From: Phoronis australis
Taxonomy: Eukaryota; Animalia; Phoronida
DNA length: 64,000 nt
NCBI GenBank assembly: GCA_002633005.1
Contig: NMRA01000594.1
Coordinates: 186,268-250,267 of the forward strand
Direction of reading: 5' to 3'
The notes below the pieces were generated by a model. The model searched no databases, was not told the DNA's origin, and was given only the letters and a program-made list of their open reading frames with translations. Each line of letters begins with the position of its first letter. Position 1 is the stretch's first letter. Of this stretch, positions 13,371 to 26,700 are shown in pieces. The position numbers and the translations under genes are program-made.

Positions 13371-14885
13371 ACAGATAAGTCAGTTACAGGGGAGTAACAG
13401 AGGATTCCTTTCCTCCATTTAGATCTATCAGGTCATCTGTGAATACGTTCAACTATAATCTTGCTAAGTCCATTTGTACTACTCAAACCACATACACATG
13501 GAGATTACAGAGCAGGTGATACATTCTCGTTTGTTCCTGAAGTTTGAAGTCAAGTTCTCATTAATCGGTTCTTGGCTTCTAGTGATAATGCGAGTTTGTT
13601 TACTAACCTACCGGCTATGGACGAATGTATATCTTGGCTACTGGCTGTATCATTATAAACGGACCTAGCATAAAAATCACATTATATGAATTGATGGAGC
13701 TATTTATTTGCCATCAGCAAAACCCATTTTATATTCAATGGTACACCTGTATAGCAATGAGTTCACTTTTGGCTCCCATATTACTCGGCATGTGTTTAGG
13801 TCACCATGAGAAAACATGGATTGAGACATACGCTGGTCCTCATGTCTATTTCTATTGACGATATGTTGACGTTGCGTTTTGTATTTCAAAGTCAGCAGGC
13901 AGCCCAGGAATTGTTGTATAGTTAAACTCGAGGCATCCTTACTTGAAATTCAGTATGGAAATAGAGGTTGAGAACATAATTGCCATTTTTGGACGTGTTA
14001 TTTGAATGTGAAGGTACCTCGCAGGGTTTTACACTTGTTTTCATAGCTTGACATCTTTTGTTTATATGGCGGGTCGCAGTAAAACTCTAATAGACACTGT
14101 GTATCGCATTCACAACAATCGGGCTAGATTTCATTCTGATGTTAAAGAACTTACATCAAATTTGCAAAAGAATAGCTATCCCCTTAAACAAGTCAATAGT
14201 TTGCAGATATCAAAACTGCAACGTAACGCTGGTGATATTCGTGATATTCGTCCTGTAGTCAAAACTAACTACAGGTTTGTCAAAATACCCTATGTTAGTT
14301 GTTAAGCCAAGATTGCTCACCGAAAACTCAAGAAACTGGTGAATTATTACTGTGTTAAATTAAAATTTGTATTAACATTCAAGTCTCTAAAACTGTCTAA
14401 TTTATTTAATCCCAAGGACAACATTCTTATAGTCAGGTCTACAGTCTAAGGTAGTGTACACATATATTTCTGTTCTGGACGAGGCTCCAGTTATATAGGC
14501 GAAATTCTTTGCCACTTGAAAACCTGTACCAGAGAACATCTAAATTCTCACTGAAGTTCACATTTTTTATTTTCATCTGCAGCGCTCCAGTCGTTTGTTA
14601 CGAGCAATGCTCTTTCAATGACTTTTTTGTAATAAACCAAACAGAAACAGCAGACGAGATGAAAATTCGTGAGGCTCAGTCTATACATAAATTGGTGCAA
14701 GCCCAGACTCAATAGGCAACTGGCACACCACAGGTTGTCATTGTTAGTATAGTCCACTGTTACTCCACTGTAACTGACTGTGTCTGTGTACCAGTACTTG
14801 TTGTTGGGTCTTGCAAGGTGGACACTGTTTTTTTTTTCTTCTGAGGATGTTGTTTTAATAAACGCCGAAACATGTGAAGCCGGTT
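13371..14885 (+). mobile_element. Degenerate Penelope-like retroelement (RT + GIY-YIG endonuclease + tail)
   Basis: Frameshifted motifs in order: NYNLAK, DTFSFV, ASLFTNLP, AMSSLLAPIL, RYVD, LNSRHPYLKFSMEIE, FLDV, LQKNSYP, SKVVY..C...SYIGE...HLKT..REH, KIREAQSI. Confidence 0.85.
14841..14876 (+). ncRNA. Degenerate minimal hammerhead ribozyme motif in the Penelope tail
   Basis: CTGAGGA-N18-CGAAAC-AT-GTG directly 3' of the GIY-YIG region, where PLE pseudo-LTR hammerheads lie. The cleavage triplet reads GUG rather than NUH. Confidence 0.55.
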
Positions 14886-15237
14886 TAAATCCATCGTTGT
14901 TTTATTAGCATTAGTACCTTATGTTGTAAGTTGCTCCTCGACGACAATTTGCACACTGTATACTTTATGATGGGAATACTTACTGATACCCCTTTGATTC
15001 GTAATTGAAATTTTACGACACATTCAGTCCTATACGAATTGCATTCCCCAGTGGATTTGGAAGTCCTCAAGATACCTTTAAAATCTAAATTTGGTCTAAA
15101 TTACGTCGCATTATTTGTAAATCTTTGACAAACAGATGTGTGTGATAATGCGACAAACAGACGTACACAACAATAACAAAAGTCTCCAAAGTTTATACAA
15201 AACAACGTTATTCCATTGCAAACAACAGATGTCTAAC

Positions 15238-15420
15238 CTTGAGTGGTGGAATACACGGTTAGCATATCCGCGTCAGGGGGTTTCATGGCATTGATACGAA
15301 TGCGACTATCTCTGTCCATTTTAACTTCGGTAAACGCATCGTGGCTTCCGCTGTCTGGTTGGACTGCGATATTAACCGTAGATCCACGGCAAGCTTGAAA
15401 AATAAAAACCTTTGGGAATC
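15238..15420 (-). CDS. Caspase exon D (catalytic Cys QACRG, linker, start of p10)
   Basis: tccttttcag|GA TTC CCA AAG...ACT CAA G|gttaga. 183 nt, phase 1 to 1. Encodes (G)FPKVFIFQACRGSTVNIAVQPDSGSHDAFTEVKMDRDSRIRINAMKPPDADMLTVYSTTQ(G), with the QACRG and P..AD.L..YST..G caspase motifs. Confidence 0.95.
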
Positions 15421-18400
15421 CTGAAAAGGAAAAATGTTGAATTCAGACTTCTTTCCTCTGCTCGACCCAGCCGTCAGGTTATCGTTAACGGGTACGGTCT
15501 ACACCTAGCGCCCCCCACGCAACGACACGAGTATGGATACAAGTATTCAACGCTCACTATCTTGAGAACACAGATTTAACAAAACTGCTGGGAGACTGAT
15601 ACTTTGCTTAGTTTTGCAGAAGCATTAACTCGCATTTCCAATAATGAACACTCATGCATTGTCTTACAGATAATGTACACTGTACGTGCTGCGTAAAACG
15701 ATTTGCATATTGCCTTACATCAAACCCTAACTCACACTATAACGGTTTATAGGTACGGCAAGCTGGAATTAGAAATAGTTAGTAACCGTCGAAATCCGTA
15801 AGTGAAACCGGCCGCAAATTCATTCCACACGTGATAGGACCTCGAAACACCGCAGTTCGCTACAGAACACTAGCCTCGTCTCCACAGAATTACTATATAG
15901 GCTACCGAGGTGAACCGCTGCCATATGATAGTGACCTTAAAGGATATCAACACAATTTATTGTGCCTGAAACACAGCCTTAAAAAGCCCCAGTGTTGAAC
16001 TGGCGTTGTGTTCGCATCGGTTGATGGACCATTACCGTGTGGCTGTCATTAATGAAAGTTGCCATTTGCAGGACCGTAGCCTAGGGGGTTGTTGGGGGGG
16101 GGGGTTCGACTGAACTCCCCGCGGAAAATGTCCAGCCCCGGCCTTTCCGTTAAAGATGGGATATAGATGGACAACAAAATTGTTGCAGCTACTGGTACTA
16201 CTAATTACCATGATAACTAAGTCAGTAATACTTATGAATTTACTTCACGTAATCATCGGGCCGTACCCGGATAAGTACTTCGCCCGAATGGTGCTTGATG
16301 ATAGGATTGTGTAGATGATTAGAGAAGTTTCATCGACATTGAACGCGCGTGGTGGCTACATAAACAAAACGTACCGAGAGTGGCGTACATGAAGTAATAT
16401 ACCAAAAGACATTATTCCGCGGTCTCTGTCGATACGCGAGATAAGGTCGAGTGGGGATATTACTTCATGTACGCCAGTCGAGGTACGTTTTGTTTTTATC
16501 CCATACGCATGGAATTCGTGAGTTGCTTTTGTTTTCTTTCGGCATTTTATAAATACTTCACCCTGACTGTTCACTTGGCTAATCACAGCCTGTTTTGTAT
16601 GGACGTGAGCATTATGTTGCTAACTTAATATACATGTAGTAAAAGAAAACAGTTTTAAATGTAACGGTTTATTACTTGAACTTGATAAAAAGTGTGAAAA
16701 CGACATATAAAGTGCACTGAACGTGTATCATATTTCGAAAATAAATAAATAACAAGAATGTTTATAACATTGTAAAATCCTCATCCGGTAGAGCTAAGCT
16801 CATTCATGAAACTAGGTCATTGACCGGAGCGCGTAGCCTACACGTCGTCTGCTTTCACGAAGATGTTAAAAGTGCCACCGTTGATGACATCTCCGGCGAA
16901 TAAGCCTGTTGTAGCGTTGTTGCAGGTACGTTGTCGCATTTCTACGGATTATGTAGCCTTGGTGTAAAGCTGTATACTAAATATACGAGAGTGTGTTGAT
17001 GCAGGTAGCTGGCTGGCTACGGACTCTGTAGCATGGATAGGTTCACGTGTTGCTGGGACGACCGTCGTTGCTGCTCGTGTAATATACTGGGGAGCCCAAT
17101 GTTCGTCCGCCTAAGCATAAAACCGACTTGCTGTTGTACTCACCGAATTATTCCACTTCAAAGTTATGATCTGAATAGGATTCGATTTAACTCTCACAGA
17201 TATACCGCATTCATCGATTCGGAAGTTTTCTTTAATTTGTGCCGAGTTATTTCAAATGTGCACTGCCTTCGGCAGCCATTTTATTGTGACACCTAAGTTC
17301 GTCATATGCTGCCCCCTTTTGTAAAAACTGAGAAACATGCAGAAAAAGGCCAACGAAGTAATGAAAATTGCAACAGCCTGTTTTTATTGACATAAACTCG
17401 ATTTGAAGTTTTGATGTTGAGCTCTGCACTGTGGTTTCCAATAAAAGCCAATTGGTCAACATTTCAATGCAGTTTAATGGTGAACGTGAGGCAAAAATGT
17501 TAAGAACCCAGCGTATCGCATTTGTCTGCGGATTTTTCCTTTGGCCTTCTAGATCCTACTAGTGCCTGGGACAAACAGATACATTGCATAAACAAACCCT
17601 GGATCATGTTTTGTGTCCCGTCGGAAGAAAATTTAAATTCGAAAACATCTTCTGAAAACGCACAAAAAAGTGTATTAGTAAAATCTACTGATTTTTAAGT
17701 GGTTTTAAAAAACAATCGGTAAACTCACCGATTTTTGTCTCATTACTTTGATACGTGTCTCTTCCGATAAGTTAGTACCTAACGTGCAGACGAGAACTCC
17801 AAATTGGAACGCTAAGTCCCGCGTGGTTGCGCTGCACGCGAAACAAGATGGCGAACGAACTTTGGAGCCTGACGGAAATAGGTAACCGGACGATACTGTC
17901 GCCGATAGTATCGGGTGCTGTCATCGCCAGTGACAACAAAGTTTAATATTGGCGAGGAATCGGTGCCTGAGTTGCAGACGATATATTTTAGCAATTGAAA
18001 ACTGAGACAGAACTGTAATATAATTAACAGCTGAGTCCTGTTTCAGAAGTTACGATTGCATGTTGAATGGTATTTACACTGCTACAATTGTATTACTTTA
18101 AGCGAGAGAGCTGCAAAAATGTAGTGCGGTGTGAATGCCGTAAAATTGATCAAGAAACAAAATAGCTGAAAGTAAGTTTGTTATCTGCTATTTTGATATT
18201 GCAGAATACGGTATAAGTGTAGACAATTTCTATTTTCCACTTTGGTTGTGGAATGGGAGATGCCATGCATGTGTGTACACGTGTGTGCGTTTCCCTTTCT
18301 TTTAAATCCAGTACATGCCAATAATAATTAAGTTCAACCTAATAGGCAGTCCTCAGTCTTCGCTCAAAATTATACATTTAACCAAGGAGATAAGTACAAT

Positions 18401-19069
18401 ACACTCCTTGATTCAATTATATGGGTGGCGCACCATGGGGTTGGGGGGTATAGCTCCCACTTTTTTCACTGCGGCACCGCCCATGAACTACCGTATTTTC
18501 TTGCACTAAGAAAACCCCGACGAGCATGTTCATTTTATTAGGGAAAAGTAGGTCTAGACTTATCAAAAACTTTGTGTCGCAGTATGTGTACTTGTGCTTT
18601 TGCTTCATTTAGTTTAGTCATCGTATTTCGTAACTTTCTATTGTTGTTAATCGCCACTTTCTTAGAGCAGAAAATGAGTAATACTTCCTATTCCTAGAAC
18701 TGTTTGTTCGTGAGCACAGAGCATCCTTTGCTTGTTCATCGTATTTGATTGGTTAATTCGTGTCTCTCTAGTCTCTATATACATGTACAATGTATATAAC
18801 TTTCATTTGTATTTCGAGTAGTAGCTTCAGCATGAGTTGATTAGTAGGTGTTTCTCCCCATTGAGATCTGTTCCTACTCATGTAACGTTTGCAGTCTTCA
18901 ATATACTCGTCAAGACTCATCTCTTGTTCTGTTCCAACGAACCACCTCGTACACCGTTGAACCGCATTTTTCCGTGTACCTCACGCTTTGGTCAAAGGAG
19001 AAAGTCTCTTCTTGTCAACCAATATCAATGGCGCACAGCCTCGCAGGCGTCATACGATCAGTAAACGTG

Positions 19070-19596
19070 ATGGAAAAGATTCCCAAGGTTTCATGTCACT
19101 ATTCCGAAGGTTCACTACTCCATGCTATTGAGTCGGAACTTACATGAGAAAAGTATTGTCCATTTAGTAACTACTTGAAGTGTGCAAAAGTTGGATTAGT
19201 TCTTAAATCATTGATTACATTGTTTACAAATGAGCTCAGTTCCAACCACTGCCAATCGTGAATCTTGATTCTAACTAACGACTCATTTAGTCTTAACCAT
19301 GAACAACATCGGGTCAGGATTTTGATGTATTATGGTTGATAATTCATCATATTCCTACTTCCTATTCTCTCAAAAACTCAAGTACGTACTCATTTTCCTT
19401 ATTCGAAAGACAAGCGGGCAATTTCACAAGCGCTTGAAGTCCGCGCGTTGTTTGTGCATCTAATAACCGAAGTGCCGCTTATTGAAGGTAAAAGTATATT
19501 TGATACACCGAAATTTTAGATATTTTCGGAGTAGTGAACCTTCGGAATAGTAAACCTTCAGAGCAGTGAACCTTTGGAACACTGGGCTGTTCCCAT
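19070..19596. mobile_element. MITE (~525 bp) with 16-bp subterminal tandem repeats in its inverted ends
   Basis: CACTATTCCGAAGGTTCACTACTCC (~19097) is the near-perfect reverse complement of GGAGTAGTGAACCTTCGGAATAGTA (~19528). The right end carries about 4 copies of the 16-mer and ends GGCTGTTCCCAT. Confidence 0.6.
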
Positions 19597-22087
19597 TTCC
19601 AGAGATGTAAGCAAGTTAAGTAACACGCAAAATACAACCAGATTAAATATTCAAGTCGATCATTCTCCGATTAAATTGTTCCGTCCGAGTATGTAATGAG
19701 GTATAATTACCCATTTAAGCAGGTCCGGTTTCAAAGTTTGGCAGGGCCGGGGTAACGTTCTCTTACTGGAGCACATTACATCTGAATTTGGGTCGCATGC
19801 TTTGTGAGCAACCGTCATTTCTGTTATTACGAATTCCGAGTGATCTTGGGAACATAGAGATAAGACTCGTCAATGTGTTTATAGATTTCCCTCCCACCTA
19901 GTTAAGCTGCGTCAAGGGCCTTACCGAAAACTATAGAGTGTCGACGATTGCAAGATATCAAATGTCCACCGTACTAGATATTCGAACCACGCCTCGCGCA
20001 ATGCTGGCTACGGGACTGTTTTGATTGTGATTAGCTGACGTCAGATGTTGACTATCAATGACCTGGGTATAGTCCAATAACAGTATCGTGGTGACAAAAA
20101 TTTAGCTCCAATCACGTTGTCTAATTAAGGTTTTCTGCAGTGAAGATACACAATTTCTGAGAAAAATATCAGGGATTATAGATATATGTTCGATACTAAT
20201 TTGCCATTATTATTATTACTTTAAGGTGAAAATTACATTGCACATTCATAGCAAAATAACTCCTCTGTTGATTTTCATGTACCTTTTTTAAATGAAAATT
20301 TCCCGTTACCTCAGGGTGTAAAGAAATTTCGATTAACCTTTTCGTATGATTGCTAGTACAAATCAACTTACAAAACGCATTCGTCTTTGTTACATTGTGC
20401 AAGAGCCGTTTTCGAGAACACGTGTTCCTAAGTTCATATTAAGTGGATTTGCCGAAGTCAATAAAAAGCAGATTAAATTGGGAGGAGTGAAAATCTCCGT
20501 CGTCCATTAATTATACGGTGAAAACTTATTTTCGTTCAATATAACTTATACATACCTAAAGCATGTTAGCTATATCAACATTCACACCCAATGACAACTG
20601 AATTTGCAGTGCGTTATTAACTTAATTATCATTAAAAATACGTTCCTTGGCTACGAGGTAAGACCAATTGTTACTGTTATTTGACCCTTAAAAGTATGAC
20701 ATAATTCATTGTTATTAACAGTCTGTACACATCACCTGCCTGGAGACTGACCGAGTAAGAAAAGGATAATAACATTGGTAAAACATGTCGTTAGAGATCG
20801 AAACATCGAAATCTCAATTTATTAACTGAATTAAGGAATTTGGGTGAGGCTTTATCTCCTTTCACAACTTGCTGTGTTAATGGCCACAGAGGCATAGAGC
20901 GACTTGTGGCATACAATCTCAATGTCGTATGCGTGTACGCGCTCAATTCCCATAGTATCAAAACTACGTTTTGTCTTTGTTTTCCTCGACACCATTCTAT
21001 CATAAGTACACCTCGTTGACTCGATTACAGCAACTCTGTGAATGAAAGAATTTAGGATACCTACGAAGCTGCAACTGTACCTTGCGGAGATTCGATTTGA
21101 GTAACCTCCCTGTAATCATGCGGTTGCGCGGTTCCAATGTGGTTCTGCTAATTTTCTTTCTCGCTACACTGTATATATTTTGTTGAAGTTTCCCGAGAAC
21201 GGATATAAGATATTTTGCAAGACACGTGTGAAATATAGTAAAATGGCAACTATTTGCGAATAAGGTTGAGATATCCTGAAAACTGCTCGGCGTATCTTCC
21301 AGAGTATCGCGAGATCTTACTTTTGTACATGTAGATGTACACTAGCGATACTGAGCACTCGTTCGCCCCTTGGATCGCTAAGGGCGTGGGAAAATATTGG
21401 TGGCCATCCCAGTTTTCGTGTATTACCTTGATGTATCCTTAGTTTGTCGCAGGTTATAGTTGTCGAATATAGCGGAGAGTTCAGTAACGTTAGAGACTCA
21501 CTGAAATCTAGCCAATATCACGTATTTTCATTTAAATTATATGGCAATGTGTTACAAAATCTCAAAAGTCTTGCTTTTTAGCGAGGTCGTGGTGTTATTG
21601 AACTATACGGAGATGCAATTAACTACCGATATTCAAAACCTTAAAAAACGCATATTTTACATGTTTGTTATATTTTGCAGGAGACTATTTAAACATTATG
21701 TATTTGATGTTCGGATTTCATTTTTGTCAAACGAAATTATTGAACTAAGTGCTAGACAAACTGTAGCATTTGGAATTGGTGCATGTAGCAACCCACTTTG
21801 TCCTTCAACATGATTTCGAATTTGGGAGGGATTGTCATTGAATGTTGACTCATACGTGAATGACGTTAACCATCAAGAATTCTAACTGCCTGTTAGTATT
21901 GCAATTCAAACATCTCATAACATGTCATAATAGAGCGACTTAGTGTCTTCACTGGTTTCCAGTTGGGTGACTCAGAAAAGTATTTCATTGACCCAATTCT
22001 TCTGCTGATAACGTTATACCATATTGTCACCACTTTTACTTTTGAATGGGTTAAACACCACCTTAGCACAGGAAAGTAAACACTTAC

Positions 22088-22175
22088 CTATCATTTCCTT
22101 TAAGGAATGGCCATCGAAGCTACGAAGGATTTCATCCTGTGTGATGTGGTTCTGATCATACGTCAGTATTCCTTT
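22088..22175 (-). CDS. Caspase exon C
   Basis: ttttccag|AAA GGA ATA...ATG ATA G|gtaagtg. 88 nt, phase 0 to 1. Encodes KGILTYDQNHITQDEILRSFDGHSLKEMI(G), the segment expected between SHG and PK.F..QACRG. Confidence 0.9.
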
Positions 22176-22589
22176 CTGGAAAACGGTGATTTTTTATTTT
22201 TGACGTATTATTACATATGTTTTTCATACTACAAAGCTCTAAACTCATGAGCAGGTTAATGTATTTCAAAAACTACTCTATAAAAAGTACTGGAAATTGC
22301 ATCGGGATTTGATCCTGGCATAGCTATTTTAATTCGTAAGCTACTCCTTTACCACTGCACTACAAGCACTGATACCAAGGGGTGCTCTACATATAGGAGA
22401 GTTCACTTGTGAATTCGCTGTTATCGTTACTACTAGCGCCGCCAAGTGGTGAATAAGCAATAGGCAAATTGGAAACGCAAGAACAATAGGGAAGGGCGCA
22501 TTTTGCAGTGCCATAAATTGAACTAATTCATGGTAATATTGGCAATAACATTGATATTTCCAAAGTTGTAAATCGATCCTCACGTACTC

Positions 22590-23085
22590 TCACTAATGAT
22601 GAAACCTAGCATCTCGGAAGAGCTCTAAAATTCAGTCATCCTCCACGACAACTTGGCAACATTGGTGTTGATAAAAAACAGCTTTAAGACGAGTCTGCAA
22701 GGTCACACCATTACAGACAAGAATCAAATTAAGCATTGGTTGCTTAAACTATTTTTCGCTACGTCTACAACCGCAGACACCACCCAGAACAAAACCTCTC
22801 CTCTAATGAATTAGTAGCATTTAAAACTCTACGTAATGACCCTAAAATTGTTATTCGTCGACCAGACAAAGGGAATGGTGTAGTCATACTTGATAAAATA
22901 GAGTACATCTCTAAAATGAATAACATTGTACTAGCTAATATGTGAATGGTTTATTTAGATGAGCTGACATTTAAAAGCTATGCCACCGATCTATCATTGT
23001 ATTTCAAACGTTATGTTAATGACATTTTCCTAACTGCCATCACAGTCAGGCTAAGCCATTTCTTGAAAGCATGAAAACTTCCTGC
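22590..23085 (+). mobile_element. Penelope-like RT fragment, internally deleted
   Basis: NLSSNELVAFKTLRNDPKIVIRRPDKGNGVVILDKIEYISKMNNI (the PLE DKG motif), joined directly to LAN..M...YFKRYVNDIF. Confidence 0.8.
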
Positions 23086-23094
23086 CCAATTTTC

Positions 23095-23785
23095 TTAAGA
23101 GTTCGTGTAATGAATAAGCCAATAACTCCAGCAGAATTACATATTTTTCTAAAAAGTATTATTTCTGATACCTCAAATGAATATATTTTACAGAAAAATA
23201 ATTGGGTGTGTGAAATTTATTATGATACCTTTTCTGAAAAACACACTAACTTTTTTGTTATATAATCTAAAATGTGATTAAAATTCCACAATAAGTATCT
23301 CAATCTTAAAAACAAATTATAGACACAATCAACTCATTAACCCTGACTGTAGATTGTAAAATGTTGTTGTGTAAAAGCCTATCTGGTTACAAACAATGTT
23401 TGCAGTACGTAAATGCGGTAAATTGGGGTTTAGTGAATTGGCGGCCATTTTGGCAACCATTTTGTAAGCCATCTTCATTTTTTCTAGCCAACCAGTGACC
23501 AGTTGAAAGGTAGAGATATTTTCAATTGTCTAACTTACAAAAGAATAAAAAAATTGCCATTTTCAGGGCAAAATATCAAAAAAATATCATGTCAGAAAGC
23601 AGTAAACACCGGTTTATGCGACCATTTTTTTCCGCCATCTTAAAAAACCGACTTCCTCCACTCCGATTTCGGTAGAATTTTTTTCTAGCACCAAGGGATA
23701 ATTGAAGATGCCATATGTGCAAAAAAACTTCAGATGCAATTTTTTTCTAGGTTGGGCCCTCTGGAGCCCTAGAATGACTGGACTA
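23095..23785. mobile_element. DNA transposon end fragment (possibly Academ-like)
   Basis: Repeated GGCGGCCATTTT/GCCATCTT motifs and a terminus ...AATGACTGGACTA (reverse complement TAGTCCAGTCATT). Family assignment is from recall only. Confidence 0.35.
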
Positions 23786-23789
23786 TAAA

Positions 23790-26700
23790 TGTGGTTAAGG
23801 TTAAGAATCACTGATGTTTTCTTTAACCACTTTAGAATACAGTATGAATAAATTGGTCAAAGTTTCAGAAGAAAAATGCACCTAATGACCCCATGAGTGC
23901 ACCAAATGACCTGTGAATTTGAAGTGTTTAGCTCAAAATCTTACAACTAATAACCTTTCACCTGTTTAACGTGATTGGATGACCCAATTACTTAGAAAAG
24001 TAATTTTTTTAAATTGCCTTATTGACTGATATCTGTGTAAATAATTTAAAAAGTATAGCTTTTAAAATAAAGAAGGAGTAGCAATTTGAAAATTACATGA
24101 CCTTTGCACCAAATGTCCTACTCCGGTGCATTATGGAATATGATTATATTATGAACAAAAAAATTATGTACTGTCAAAAATCATATGCTGAATTTGAAAA
24201 ACGTACCTGCACCCAATTCGAAGTTATTAAGTGTCAAAGTTGGTCGGAAGAAGAATAAGAATAAGAATAAGAAGAACTGGAAAGATTATTGTCACGGCGT
24301 GACAATAACGCACTCTGCGCGTGCGTATTACTGGAATTATTATGGGAATTTACTGACAGCAACCCGTTTACCAATACGAAAAGGAATTCTTTAAAATTGT
24401 AGGAGAAATTACATATTCATTTTCGATAGCCTTTCCACTAATTGACCTCTTCCAGTGCATTATGAACCCCGATGAGGGAGTAATTGTTAACTCTATTAAA
24501 AGTGTGGTTAATGCTAAAAATCACAGCAGTTTTACTTTAAGCACTTCAGAATATAAGATGAATGATTTGGTCTAACTTTCAGAAGAAAAATGCACCTAAT
24601 GACCCCATGGGTTTACTAAATGACCTGAAAATATACAATTCAAACTCTATCGCACTTAGTAAACAGATATGTAATTTTAAAGTCTCCAGCTTAAAATTTT
24701 AGTTTGCACTTCATGACTTTCGACCTAGGTTTGTGATTGGATAGGCCTATTGCATTGTAAAGTAGGACGTTCGATTGGCATGGTGACCTACACCAGTGAG
24801 ATGAACTTGAAAAGAATTCCTTGCAAAATGTAGGGATATAACATTTTGAACGTAAGATCACCTTTGCACTAATTGACCCTATCCGGTGCATTATAAGCGT
24901 CTTCAGGAGAATCATTGCAAAGCCCGTGAAAAGTGTGTTTAATGCTGAAAATCACAGTTGTCTAACTGTTGACACGTCAGTATACTTGGTGAATGAATAG
25001 GACACATTTTCAGAAAAAAATGCATACAATGACCCCATGGTTGCACTAAATGACCTGAAACATCGTATTTCAAATTGAATTAGACGTACCAATCAGACTT
25101 ATGAATTTGAATTGTCTAGCTCAAAATTTTAGTTTGCACTATTGACCTTTTTTGATTGGTTAGGCCTATTGCGTAGGGTGTTCAATTGGCATGTTGACTT
25201 ACCCCAGTGTGCTGAAATTTAAAAGAATTCATTGAAAAACGTGAGATATAACATTTTGACAGGTAGATGACCTTTGCACTAACCGACCCTATCCGGTGCA
25301 TTATAAGCGTCTTGAGGAGAATTATTGCAAAGCCCATGAAAAATATGTTTAATGCTTAAAATCACAGTTGTCTAACAGTTGACTCATCAGAATACTTGGT
25401 GAATGAAAAGGTCAAATTTTCAAAAGAAAAATGCACCTAATGACCCCATATTTGCACTAAATGACCTGAAACTTTGCATTCCAAATTGAATTACCTGTGC
25501 CAATCAGACCTGTGAATTTCAAGTGTCTAGCTCGAAATGACCTTTTATCTGTTTAACCTGATTGGATGACCTGATTACTTAGAAAAATATTTCTTTTAAA
25601 TTTCTTTGTTGACTTATACCTGTGTACGGAATTTAAAAAGAATAGCTTTTCAAATAAAGAAGGAGCAGCATTTTGAAAATTATATGACCTTTGCCCCAAA
25701 TGACCTCTTCCGGTGCAATATGGAATATGATTATATAACGAATCAAAATGTATGTACTGTCAAAAACCATATGCTGATTTTAAGGAATGTACCTGCAACC
25801 AATTTGGAGTTATTAAGCCTCAAAGTTGGTCGGAAGAAAAATAAGAAGAACTAGAAAGATTATTGTCACGGCGTGACAATAATGGACTGGAATTGTTATT
25901 GGAAAATACTGACTGCAAATCCGTTTACCAATACGAAAAGCAATTCTTGAAAATTATAGGAGAAATTACACGGTAATATCTTGATGACCTTTCCGTTAAT
26001 TGACCTCTTCCGTGCATTATGAGCCCCGATCAGGGAATAATTTTGAACTCGATTAAAAGTGTGGTTAATGCCCAGAATCACAGATGTACTTAAAGCACCA
26101 TCAGAGTACAAGATGAATGAATTGGTCAAACTTTCAGAAGAAAAATGCACCTAATGGCCCCATGGGAACACTAAATGTCCTGAAAATTTAGAATTTAAAC
26201 TCAATCGCATTTAGTAAACAAATATGTAATTTGAAAGTCTCTAGCTCAAAGTTTTAGTTCGCACGCAATGACATTTTACCTATTTATTCTGATAGGTTAA
26301 GCCTATTTCGTAGTAATGTAGGGTGTTTAATTGGCATGTTGACTTACACCAGTGTGCTGAAATTGTAGGAAAAGTTAAATTTTGAACGTTATATGAGCTT
26401 TGCACTAATTGACTCTGTCCAGTGCATTATTAGCCTCTTTAGGAGAATGAATGCAAAGCCCGTAAAAAGTGTGTTTCAAGCTGAGAATCACAGTTGTCTA
26501 ACGGTGTACACATCAAACATGTCCGTGGTGAATGAAAAGGACAAATGTTCAGAAGAAAAATGCTCCTAATGACCCCATACTTGCATCAAATGATCTGAAA
26601 CTTTGAATTTAGATATGAATTTCATGTACCAATCAGATGTGTGAATTTAAACTGTCTAGCTCAAAATCTGAGTTTGCACTTAATGATCTTTGACCTCTTT

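Noticed and set aside
14984-15075. Candidate next caspase exon (aag|GTATCTTG...TCA|gtaagt, GILRTSKSTGECNSY...)
   Set aside because: Phase fits, but the polypyrimidine tract is weak and the p10 motif S.R...GS.FI is absent. The true exon probably lies beyond the left edge.
18848-19147. Tyrosine recombinase-like wording (AHSL...HYSEGSL)
   Set aside because: The HYSEGSL part is the translation of the MITE's subterminal repeat, and the catalytic residues are not convincing.
20221-20690. Kolobok-like MITE bounded by TTAA
   Set aside because: The TIR match is too short and imperfect to support.
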